A stretch of DNA of 64,000 nucleotides, from NCBI GenBank assembly GCA_016931155.1, contig JAFGFJ010000010.1, positions 564 through 64,563 on the forward strand. Reading direction: 5' to 3'. This document shows positions 22,019 through 30,726 of the stretch, piece after piece (position 1 is the first letter of the stretch; each line of letters opens with the position of its first letter). The notes under the pieces were generated by a model that was given only the letters and a program-made list of their open reading frames with translations, had not been told where the DNA came from and searched no databases. Both the position numbers and the translations under genes were made by a program. This DNA comes from Candidatus Dojkabacteria bacterium. Lineage in GTDB: Bacteria; Patescibacteriota; Dojkabacteria; B142; JAFGFJ01.

Positions 22019-23206
22019 ATGGCTAATGTTGTTCCTGAGACAAAAATAGTAAACGCTCAAGAAGAAACCCTGGGAGACAAACCAAAAGTTGGAATAAGTG
22101 ACCAAGCAGTAATGCTTTATATTCTTACTGCCCCAGCCAATCCAGTGCTCATAAGGAATAATGTTCCTCCAGGACTTAGTGAAAGGGAAAAAAAACTTAA
22201 TTCAATGGAAGAACAAGAAAGAAAGAAATTCATCAGAGACATACGAGATGATACTTTTCCCGAGACACGAAGAGTTTCTAACAATGAAGCAGTATTTACG
22301 ATCGGTGAATATATAGAAACATTAGAACAGTTGTTAGAGGACATCCAATTATCAAATAGCGAGAATTTAGCAAACAGGATTGAAAAACTTAAGAATTCCT
22401 CAATCTATGAGCTTGATTGGCGAAATTATACGGGACTTTCTCAAAATGATTTTAATCGTCTAGTTTCCCCATTAAACCTTTTGATACATGAGCATTTTAA
22501 CCTACTTGCCCTAACAAGTGGTTATGCCCAACTTGTTGAAGATGTTGAAGATGAACAATCTCAGCAGCAAATTTTGGATCAAATTACCGTCTCTTCAACC
22601 AATTCCATCAATCTTCTAAGATTAGTAGAACGCTTTACAAAACACAAAGACTCAAATAGCTATAAAATAACTGAACTCATGGGAACACTGGTTGGAGCTA
22701 ACCCCGATGGACTATCAGGCAATTCCTTCTCCATCGGAGGAAAAAAAAGAGATATTAAACTAAATTTCGATTTTGGAAATAAAGAAGTATTTGACTCATT
22801 TGAAGAGTTCGTTTCAGTTCGAACTCTTATTCATAATGCAGCCATACAGACACATGTTAAAAGCATAACTGTTCGAAGATTTGATATTGATGATGCTGGA
22901 AAGAATAAGGTTTATCAGGTACAAGACGATGGAGAAATAGGAAATTTCAGACCGTTTGTACGTGATTTGGAAAGAGGTAAAAGACTTGGGAAAGAATACA
23001 AGAATGAACCCATTCTAATAAGCCAAAGAGGAGGAAAAATAGTTGCACTCATGGCAGGAACAAGAGGAGATGAGATTGTCGGAAAAATAGACTCTAAAAC
23101 AGGTGTAAAATCGGTTTTTGTAACATTTTCAGATGAACAAACAGGAGGGAAAAAAGTTTTCGAGACCTTCAAAAAAGGATATCTCGATGATAAAGTAACT
23201 TCATGA
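22019..23206 (+). CDS. Divergent histidine-kinase-like protein (HisKA + degenerate HATPase)
   Basis: H-box-like LIHEHFNLLALTSGYAQL, N-box-like LIHNA, G1-like VQDDG, terminal RGGKI; no clear GxGLG. Confidence 0.6.
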   Translation: MANVVPETKIVNAQEETLGDKPKVGISDQAVMLYILTAPANPVLIRNNVPPGLSEREKKLNSMEEQERKKFIRDIRDDTFPETRRVSNNEAVFTIGEYIETLEQLLEDIQLSNSENLANRIEKLKNSSIYELDWRNYTGLSQNDFNRLVSPLNLLIHEHFNLLALTSGYAQLVEDVEDEQSQQQILDQITVSSTNSINLLRLVERFTKHKDSNSYKITELMGTLVGANPDGLSGNSFSIGGKKRDIKLNFDFGNKEVFDSFEEFVSVRTLIHNAAIQTHVKSITVRRFDIDDAGKNKVYQVQDDGEIGNFRPFVRDLERGKRLGKEYKNEPILISQRGGKIVALMAGTRGDEIVGKIDSKTGVKSVFVTFSDEQTGGKKVFETFKKGYLDDKVTS

Positions 23207-23224
23207 TCGAGCCTTTTAAGAACA

Positions 23225-23665
23225 TTAGCTTTTTAAAAACAGTATCATCCACCATTCCTTATAATTATCCAGTACAATCGGATCCAGATTTTTCTCCAGA
23301 TACTCATACTGGACAGGTGGCTCACGCTTCACATAGTAAAGCTCCTGATTTCCCCTTACATAGTTCAGGTTATTTCGTGCGAAGTTTTCCTTAAATTCAT
23401 CAGATTGCAAATAGGCTACCTCATCTAAAAGTTCCCGCCCTTCCCTCTCGAGCTCATTCAATTTCTCTCTTTCTTTTGCAATTAGTCCATAATTCTCTTT
23501 GCCCCTTTTTATTACTCCATAAATACTTGTCGAAAGATAAATCACAAGAAGAAGCGAAACAATAATAAGGGAAATGTACTGCCAGCTGATACCAATATCA
23601 CGGAGAGTAGAAGAAATTCTTCTTCCAATGAGTGAAATATAATAACTTATTTTCCTGGCAGTCAT
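23225..23665 (-). CDS. Septum formation initiator FtsB/DivIC-like protein
   Basis: TM helix, coiled coil, then YLQSDEFKENFARNNLNYVRGNQ (cf. E..AR..L....GE). Confidence 0.75.
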   Translation of the reverse strand: MTARKISYYISLIGRRISSTLRDIGISWQYISLIIVSLLLVIYLSTSIYGVIKRGKENYGLIAKEREKLNELEREGRELLDEVAYLQSDEFKENFARNNLNYVRGNQELYYVKREPPVQYEYLEKNLDPIVLDNYKEWWMILFLKS

Positions 23666-23700
23666 AGCAAAAGTACAAGTATAAAAATGACCGATAGTTA

Positions 23701-23729
23701 TTGACTCACAAATACCTCTCTGTTAAAAT
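23701..23729 (+). promoter_or_regulatory. sigma70 promoter of the xer gene
   Basis: TTGACT-17 nt-TAAAAT with a TGn extension. Confidence 0.6.
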
Positions 23730-23795
23730 CAGTGCACTACATTATAGTAGATTATTCACACTTGCCTCAAGTACCGAGCTTTTATTGGGAACACA

Positions 23796-24674
23796 ATGAC
23801 TTTCGATCAATCACTAAACCGCTTTGTTGATTTTCTTAAAGAGAAAGGACGCTCTCCTTCTACGGTTGTAGCCTATAAAAAGGATTTAAAACAGCTTTTT
23901 GACTACATTTATAAAAATCCCGCAATAGATAATCCTGCAAAAATCACAACTGAGATACTAAAAAGCTATGTTGAAAAACTGAAAAAAGAGAATAATTACA
24001 CACTAAAAACCGTTTCAAGAAAAATAAACAGTATCAAGACATTCTCAAAATTTCTCCTTGGAGAAGGAGTTCTCAGCAGAAACATTGCCAAGGAAATTAC
24101 TCATCCAACCTACGAAAACAAACCTTCACGAATTCTAACTGAAATGGAATACAAGGCTCTCCGGGACACAGCAAGAAAACACATACGGCTCTATACGATG
24201 GTCGAACTACTGCTCCAAACAGGAATCAGGATCGGAGAATTATCAAGATTGACTGTAGCAGATGTAGCAATAAATTCAGCCCCTAAACACATCACAATCA
24301 AGGCTTTTGAAAGCAATCCCGAAAGAGAAATAGAACTAAACCCACTCGCATCAGAGGCTCTGGGAAATTTCCTTCTTGTAAGAAACAGCAGACCTACAGA
24401 AAGTGAATTCTTGTTTCATACAAAGAACGGACGACCCGTTTTGGTAAGAAATATCAGAGCAACAATAAACAAAGCCTTTAAAAAAGCCGGAGTCGAAAAT
24501 GCAACAGTAAACGATATCCGAAATACATTCATCGTTTTTCAGCTTGAGGCAGGAATGAAAACCCATAAGCTTGCGCAAATTGTTGGTCACCAGAGAATAT
24601 CAAGTACAGAAAAATATCTTTGTCTTTTAAGAAAGAAAAAAGACCGTGTGATAAACAAGATTCAGCCCCTATAG
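23796..24674 (+). CDS. XerC/XerD-family tyrosine recombinase
   Basis: N-terminal SAM-like core-binding domain (SPSTVVAYKKDL, TVSRKINSIKTF), TGIRIGEL, NDIRNTF, VGH...TEKY. Confidence 0.9.
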   Translation: MTFDQSLNRFVDFLKEKGRSPSTVVAYKKDLKQLFDYIYKNPAIDNPAKITTEILKSYVEKLKKENNYTLKTVSRKINSIKTFSKFLLGEGVLSRNIAKEITHPTYENKPSRILTEMEYKALRDTARKHIRLYTMVELLLQTGIRIGELSRLTVADVAINSAPKHITIKAFESNPEREIELNPLASEALGNFLLVRNSRPTESEFLFHTKNGRPVLVRNIRATINKAFKKAGVENATVNDIRNTFIVFQLEAGMKTHKLAQIVGHQRISSTEKYLCLLRKKKDRVINKIQPL

Positions 24675-24861
24675 ATAACACAGAAATACAATACGCTGTC
24701 TTCGTATTTTGACCCTACTGCTGACAATTTCCTGGCTTTAATGGTAGAATCTAGCTCGTTAGAGTATTGGTGGCCAGCCTACATTCTTCGTGTGAAGGAT
24801 GACGGACGGAGCCCGACATTCTTAAATCTGAGGCATAATCGCTGAAGATAAAAGTATTATC

Positions 24862-24938
24862 GGGCCAGTAGCTCAGGTGGTTAGAGCACCGTTCTTATAA
24901 AGCGGGGGTCGATGGTTCAAGTCCATCCTGGCCCACCA
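24862..24938 (+). tRNA. tRNA-Ile(UAU)
   Basis: GGGCCAG TAGCTCAGGTGGTTAGAGCA CCGTT CT TAT AA AGCGG GGGTC GATGG TTCAAGT CCATC CTGGCCC ACCA. Confidence 0.93.
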
Positions 24939-25069
24939 TTATCTGCCACTTAGACATTTCCATATGGTTCCTGACATGATGATGAACAAAATTGCTTCAT
25001 GTAATTAATTTGACCAAAAACTCTTTCCATCAAAATCTGAACAAAATTTGTGTCATTATTATAAAATAC

Positions 25070-25183
25070 TACTGAGACTCTACGGATTTCGCCCGTAAAT
25101 TTAAGATCGGTTATACTAAAGTTTTTTGGGATGAGTTTGCTCAGTTGGCTTCGCCCGTGTTTTTAAGATCAGTTATACTAAAG
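25070..25183 (+). repeat. Two tandem dif-like 11-6-11 sites (25094-25121, 25156-25183) within a dispersed repeat
   Basis: CGTAAATTTAA-GATCGG-TTATACTAAAG and CGTGTTTTTAA-GATCAG-TTATACTAAAG, 62-bp period; related copy at 36175-36226. Confidence 0.7.
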
Positions 25184-25203
25184 ACCAGAACATTAATTGA
25201 AAC

Positions 25204-25233
25204 AAAAAGGAGGCGGCTTACGCCGCCTCCTTT
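25204..25233. terminator. Intrinsic terminator (possibly bidirectional)
   Basis: AAAGGAGGCGG-cttacg-CCGCCTCCTTT with an A-run on the left. Confidence 0.8.
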
Positions 25234-25249
25234 AATCTCAATCATTTTC

Positions 25250-26566
25250 CTAAGCTTTTTTCATACTTCTGGTTTGCACCACTATTGCGAGGAGAGCAAT
25301 TACTCCAAACAAGACCAACAGAATCGAATACTCAGGAATAGTAACTACCAGCGGAAAGAATCCCATAAAAAGTACCAGTGCTGGAAGTCCAACCCCAAGA
25401 GCAAATTTCAGTCTTGTCACTCTCCCAATCAGATATACTATCAAGATCCCAACGATAGCCCACGCCAATCCAAAGGCCAAATACAAAGGCATAGAATAGT
25501 AGCTAACCGTTTTAAAACTGCTGAAAATTTCCATCGTCGGATCAATTGTAAAGCTTGATAGGTAGTGAAAGAAAGGAAAGAATACAATATACAGAACAGA
25601 AACCAGAAACATATCAAACGGCTTGAATCCCGTGTTGAATTTCAGAGCAAGAAATACAAGAACAATCATAAACACCACATAAATAGGTGCCATTGTAAAG
25701 TATACTCTTGATACTTGAGTTGAAGGATTCAGTCTTTCGGCGACACTTACAGAGATATTCGGTTTGGAAAAGAGATTTGTTTTATTCCAGGAAAGTTTTA
25801 CATAATCTTCCCCGAATTCCCTTTCATCAACGGAAAGTCCGCCGATCACGTCATATCCACGTGTTCCAGAAATAGTCATTTCGAAATTAAAATCCTGAGC
25901 ACCTTTGCTGTTTTCAATCCCAGTGTAGTCAAATGTCGAAATCCCGACAGTGTCATAGGTCACCTGCACTGTCTTTGAAGCATTAGCACCAATCTCACCC
26001 TCCCAATGAAGTCCTGGAACTTCAGTTGAATAATAATCGGAAGCGGAAAGCAATGTTTTTGAATTCTCAACCTCTTTTCCATCAACAACCAATTTTGCAT
26101 TACTGATTTCATTTGAATCCGTTCCGGAAGGAAAAGGGAAATCAAAGGCAACAAAACCTGTCTCATCCAAGGAATTTCTCAGGACATATTCGGCACTGAA
26201 CTGCACCTTATATGTCGGCTGATAGGCAAGACCCTTTTTTACAAAATCAGCATTTATCGTTACATTTCCATCGGTTGAGACAAGACTTGTATTGTCCACA
26301 TATTTTTTCACCCTGACAGGCGAGAGTTTATTCATCAAATAGAGATCAGACTTTTCATCGACCATTTCAAGCATCGGAGCTGATTGGTTTATTGGTCCTC
26401 CATAAATATTTGATGTTTCATAATATAGATCTCTTGAGACAAGATTATTCCTTGAAGCAGCTACTAAAGACATTATTAAACTGAAAACAGTAACAAAAAT
26501 TGTCATTACTATTCCGATTGCTATGAAACTACCGTACTTTGTCTTACTCTTGGGGATATCATTCAT
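25250..26566 (-). CDS. Multi-pass membrane protein with extracytoplasmic beta domain (CreD-like topology)
   Basis: N-terminal TM, about 250-aa soluble domain (FDFPFP) and a C-terminal multi-TM region; probable start MNDIPK. Confidence 0.65.
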   Translation of the reverse strand: MNDIPKSKTKYGSFIAIGIVMTIFVTVFSLIMSLVAASRNNLVSRDLYYETSNIYGGPINQSAPMLEMVDEKSDLYLMNKLSPVRVKKYVDNTSLVSTDGNVTINADFVKKGLAYQPTYKVQFSAEYVLRNSLDETGFVAFDFPFPSGTDSNEISNAKLVVDGKEVENSKTLLSASDYYSTEVPGLHWEGEIGANASKTVQVTYDTVGISTFDYTGIENSKGAQDFNFEMTISGTRGYDVIGGLSVDEREFGEDYVKLSWNKTNLFSKPNISVSVAERLNPSTQVSRVYFTMAPIYVVFMIVLVFLALKFNTGFKPFDMFLVSVLYIVFFPFFHYLSSFTIDPTMEIFSSFKTVSYYSMPLYLAFGLAWAIVGILIVYLIGRVTRLKFALGVGLPALVLFMGFFPLVVTIPEYSILLVLFGVIALLAIVVQTRSMKKA

Positions 26567-26708
26567 TTTTAAAAAAATAAAAAATATAATACTGCGACCT
26601 GGGACAAAACAGGTCTTCACTCTATTACCAGTTGAGGGTTATTAACATAGTCAATTAAAGAGTACATATCTGTCTGACCAAAATATTTTACCAGAACAAA
26701 AGATGAAA

Positions 26709-29264
26709 TTAGAACTTTTTACCTGGTCCTGCACCGAAAAGACCCATACCGTCAAAACCTCCTTTTTGTCCCATAGGACTAAACAATTGTGATTCGTCTT
26801 CTGTTTTACCTTCTCCAAGTTGTGCTCTTTTTGAGATCTCAGCCTCAATCAGTCCCCTGTCTCTACCATATCTAAGCCTCGATAATTCTTTTATCATGTC
26901 TGATATTTCGATTTTTCCATTCTTCCAGTCAAAAGGCACTTCAGTTTTTCTAAAATCGGTAAGAATTGAGAACGGAGCCGGATATTCACCTCCAACAAGC
27001 ATTTTAATGTAAAGGTTATAGTTTTCAAGATTTATAAGGTCATCCTGCTCAAAGACAGGAGCAAATTCGTTGGCAAGATAACTTGCATCATTTACGCCTA
27101 CCTTGAAACTTCCCATAGTACCTACATTTCCAAAGACTGCGTCTCTCACCCTGTCATCGATCTGCGCAATATACTGATTTGCTACAATCAGATTCAACTT
27201 GTATTTTCTGGCTTCTGAAAGAATTTGAGCAAAATCATCGGTGGAAAAGTTCTGGAACTCGTCAACATATAGAAAGAAATCTTTTCTTTGAGACTCATGA
27301 ATTTCTGCTCTGCTCATAGCCGCAGAGAGAATTTTGGGGACAAGTAGAAGCCCCAGGAATTCCGAGTTTTCCTGCCCTATTATCCCTTTTGAGAGATTGA
27401 CAAGAAGAATTTTTCCTTCATCCATAACCTTCCTTACATCAAAACTCGAATGGCTCTGTCCTATAATGTTTCTCATAAGTTTATTTGTTACAAATCTGTC
27501 AAACTTTGAAACAATGTATCCCAGAACTTCAGATTTATGGAAATCCTGCGTCTGAGCGATTTGATCTGTCCAGAATCTTCTAACAACATCATCAGTAATT
27601 TTAGGAAGCCAGAATTCATCAACATATTTTTGATCAGTTAAAATTCTCATTACTTCAACAAGAGTGCTTCCCTGCACAGACATCGCAGTCAAAATTGCAT
27701 TCCTTACTGCCTGTTCAAAACGCGGTCCGACTATACCCTGCCTGTTCGGATCAAACATTTTGTACATAAGTCCTATAAAGGCATTTGTGACCATATGCTT
27801 GTCCTGTTCGTTGTAGTAATCGATTATGTTAAATCCTATTGGTCGTTCTTCATCCCCCGGATTGAAATAAATCACATCCTCAGCCCTCTCTGGAGGTATT
27901 CTTTCCAAAATCCACTGAACCGCATCACCATGAGGATCAAGAAAAGCAAGTCCATGACCCTGCCTGATGTCTTGCAAAATCATGCTTTGCAAAAAGTACG
28001 ATTTTCCAGCTCCAGTTTTTCCTACAACATACATGTGTCTTCTTCGATCGTCCAAATTTAGATACACCTGTTTTCTGCTCTCTCTGTATACAGACTCACC
28101 AAGCCATACCGCGCCCTGTGAATACTCGGTAGGTACTTCCTCTCCTGCTGGTGCTCTTTTTGAAAGAAGCCAGTGAATGTGGGGAGTTTTTACGTTCTGA
28201 TTTGGAAGGTGAAAGATGGTCGCAACTTCAGCAGTATTGAGAACCATATCCTTTGTTGGAACTCTATAGATAAAGTCATGAATAAATTCTCTTTTTGCAT
28301 TATCTTTCTTTAACTTCTTCTTCTTGAAAGAGTTCGAGCCTTCTTTGCTAAATTGATCAAAAGAATTGATCACATTATCAAGATTAACTTTTGCAAAATC
28401 ATTAGTTGATGATACGCTTACTATACGTATTGCTACATGAAAACCTCCCTTCTCCGCCTTCTTTTCAATCCCAGACAGAACATCTTCGTCGACATTTATC
28501 TTACTCTTTTCAGGATCAGCATTATTTGATCTGACCCTCGATACAAAAGCCTTTCCGGTCTTCCTCCATTCTCCCCCGGCAGGTGTAAGAACAAGTTGGA
28601 TCGCTAGTGCTTCTCCTTTATTTAGCTTGCTCATAGCTGTAGTGATTGCCGCAACCGTGTCAGTACTGAGATCCTCATAGGTTTTCAATGGCTTATAATC
28701 CTCGTTATCAAGCTTGAGCGAGGCATATGCAACTGAACTTTTAGTAGAGAAAATATTGTATTCATCTGCTTTCGTTACTTCAGCAGAACTATATGCACCA
28801 TTTACCTGTTTTTCTACAAGACCAGCAAGCTTTTTTGGAACAGTAACATAAAACCTGATACTTTCCGGAAACGCCACAATCTCGAGACTAATAGAAATGT
28901 GCGATCCAAACCATTTTTTTATTCCTTCTAATTTTTCTCCTATGCCTAGAAACGCTGAAAACATCTGGTCTGCAGCTTGAGGTTCAACTTCATTACTTCT
29001 AGGTATACGAAGTTCATAAATAGCAGTATCTAAAGAACGTTTCTCCTGCGAAGCCCTTCTCACTTTTTTCGCAAATCTTCTAAATGCAATTATACCCACC
29101 AAAAGCAGAAGTAAAGACAAAGGGATTAAAAATAGAACCAAAGGGAAACCACCTTCTGAAACTGTCGAACCTGTTGGAACAGTTATTGTCGGTTCAATAG
29201 TAGTTGTCCTATTTGTCACGGGTTTGCCGGGATTTGTTGTTTGGGCAATTACAAAGTCTTCCAT
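26709..29264 (-). CDS. VirD4/TraG-like (HerA/FtsK superfamily) ATPase, CPR type
   Basis: DRRRHMYVVGKTGAGKS, DPHGD, FLYVDEFQNF, SEARKYKL, ANQYIAQ, AVFGNVGT; N-terminal TM; probable start MEDFV. Confidence 0.88.
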   Translation of the reverse strand: MEDFVIAQTTNPGKPVTNRTTTIEPTITVPTGSTVSEGGFPLVLFLIPLSLLLLLVGIIAFRRFAKKVRRASQEKRSLDTAIYELRIPRSNEVEPQAADQMFSAFLGIGEKLEGIKKWFGSHISISLEIVAFPESIRFYVTVPKKLAGLVEKQVNGAYSSAEVTKADEYNIFSTKSSVAYASLKLDNEDYKPLKTYEDLSTDTVAAITTAMSKLNKGEALAIQLVLTPAGGEWRKTGKAFVSRVRSNNADPEKSKINVDEDVLSGIEKKAEKGGFHVAIRIVSVSSTNDFAKVNLDNVINSFDQFSKEGSNSFKKKKLKKDNAKREFIHDFIYRVPTKDMVLNTAEVATIFHLPNQNVKTPHIHWLLSKRAPAGEEVPTEYSQGAVWLGESVYRESRKQVYLNLDDRRRHMYVVGKTGAGKSYFLQSMILQDIRQGHGLAFLDPHGDAVQWILERIPPERAEDVIYFNPGDEERPIGFNIIDYYNEQDKHMVTNAFIGLMYKMFDPNRQGIVGPRFEQAVRNAILTAMSVQGSTLVEVMRILTDQKYVDEFWLPKITDDVVRRFWTDQIAQTQDFHKSEVLGYIVSKFDRFVTNKLMRNIIGQSHSSFDVRKVMDEGKILLVNLSKGIIGQENSEFLGLLLVPKILSAAMSRAEIHESQRKDFFLYVDEFQNFSTDDFAQILSEARKYKLNLIVANQYIAQIDDRVRDAVFGNVGTMGSFKVGVNDASYLANEFAPVFEQDDLINLENYNLYIKMLVGGEYPAPFSILTDFRKTEVPFDWKNGKIEISDMIKELSRLRYGRDRGLIEAEISKRAQLGEGKTEDESQLFSPMGQKGGFDGMGLFGAGPGKKF

Positions 29265-29409
29265 AGGAAAATTATACATTAAAGGATACTATAGTGATTG
29301 GAAATAATCTAGCCAGCCTTGAAAATACTATTTCAGCTATATCAATTTTTTTATACCTACCAGCGTACTAGACCCCTTTCTCAATCCTCCAAAATCCAGC
29401 CATAAATAA

Positions 29410-30072
29410 TCAAGAGGGTTTCTGAGAATGCATCTTGAGAAGCCTGTCCAGAAGGACATATAGCCAGGTTTTTGCAGAATCAGGAGCTCCTTTATCTTTC
29501 AAATTTCTAATTGCTTTAAATTCCTGCATAACTTTCGGGGGAACAACATATCCAAAAAGCGCAGGTGCTTCGTATTCAGTAGAGGGTTCTTTCGATTTCT
29601 GAATAAATACAGGTTTTTCTGGAATCTCAGGTTTATCCTGCTGTTGTTTTTTCTCTTTATTTTCTGCCTTTTTAATTTCTGGAGCCTCCACTGAAGTCTG
29701 TACTTCGGTCCCATATTCAACTGCTATTGGTTGGGCTTCAACTGACACAGCTCCGCTTGAAATCTCAGGTGAAAAGTTACCTCCTCCAATAAACTTGCTC
29801 TTATTCTCCTCCTTATTCCCGCCAGTGCCATTTTCTGAAAGTCCACTCATTTTAGAGAGATCAAAATCTTCCTTCACTCCAGCCTGATCATTCAAAAAAC
29901 TTGGAAACAAATCTGCAGACTCCTGAACACCCACTTGTTCAATTTGGGGATTTATTTGTCCAGCCTGAGAATTCTCCTGACTATCTTGTTGCTGTACCTG
30001 ATCATCTTGAGGTTGCACCTGTCCATTTTGAATCTGTTGTAATTGGTTGTTTTGTTGTGTATCGTCCGCCAT
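29410..30072 (-). CDS. Hypothetical protein (Q/E-rich disordered N-terminus)
   Basis: Short C-terminal motif PDSAKTWLYVLLDRLLK; TGnTATAAT just upstream. Confidence 0.7.
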   Translation of the reverse strand: MADDTQQNNQLQQIQNGQVQPQDDQVQQQDSQENSQAGQINPQIEQVGVQESADLFPSFLNDQAGVKEDFDLSKMSGLSENGTGGNKEENKSKFIGGGNFSPEISSGAVSVEAQPIAVEYGTEVQTSVEAPEIKKAENKEKKQQQDKPEIPEKPVFIQKSKEPSTEYEAPALFGYVVPPKVMQEFKAIRNLKDKGAPDSAKTWLYVLLDRLLKMHSQKPS

Positions 30073-30159
30073 AATCCGGGTATTATATCATAGCTCTTCA
30101 ATAACCCTCCTACCTCACCTGTCCTCTGGCTTTGTCCTGCTTGTTATTTGCTTATAACC

Positions 30160-30612
30160 TCACTTATCTCCACGCAAATCTCTGTCAATCTGCTTTTTCT
30201 GATCCATCTCTTTCAGTTTAGCACGTTTGTCATATTTCTTTTTCCCCTTTCCAAGTCCTATGGATATTTTAATTATTCCCCTTCCATTATCATATACTTT
30301 GGTCGGAACAATAGAATACCCCTCCCTTTTTTCCCCTCCAATAAGCTTATTTATCTCTTTTTTGCTTAAAAGAAGCTTTCTGTCCCTTATTTCATCCATC
30401 TGTACCTCCTTGCCTGTTTGCTTCCACTTTGCAACATGCATACCGACGAGAAAAAGCTCTCCCTTCTGGTACTTTACAAAGCTTTCTTTAATACTTGCCG
30501 AAGCTTTTTTTATTGATTTCACTTCCCACCCTTCAAGCACAATACCTGCTTCCATCTCTTCAGAGATGGAATAATTGAAATAGGCTTTTTTGTTTTGAGC
30601 ATAAGTTTTCAT
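30160..30612 (-). CDS. smpB: SsrA-binding protein SmpB
   Basis: NKKAYFNY, EAGIVLEGWEVKSI, RKLLL, GKGKKKYDKR. Confidence 0.97.
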   Translation of the reverse strand: MKTYAQNKKAYFNYSISEEMEAGIVLEGWEVKSIKKASASIKESFVKYQKGELFLVGMHVAKWKQTGKEVQMDEIRDRKLLLSKKEINKLIGGEKREGYSIVPTKVYDNGRGIIKISIGLGKGKKKYDKRAKLKEMDQKKQIDRDLRGDK

Positions 30613-30726
30613 AGAACAGGCATAGATAATGTGATTCTTTAATTCTACAAAAATTACTTCAGTGCCTTTTTAACGAAATGTTTCAACACGATTATTGTTT
30701 ATTCCTAGTATCTACGGGTTATGATC

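Noticed and set aside
23796-24938. Prophage or ICE integrated at tRNA-Ile
   Set aside because: The recombinase is Xer-like and upstream of the tRNA; no tRNA 3' duplication, phage genes or relaxase found.
25070-25183. CRISPR array or integron attC interpretation of the 62-bp-period repeats
   Set aside because: Only two tandem units, no cas genes in the window, and no RYYYAAC/GTTRRRY inverted core pair; the 11-6-11 geometry fits Xer sites better.
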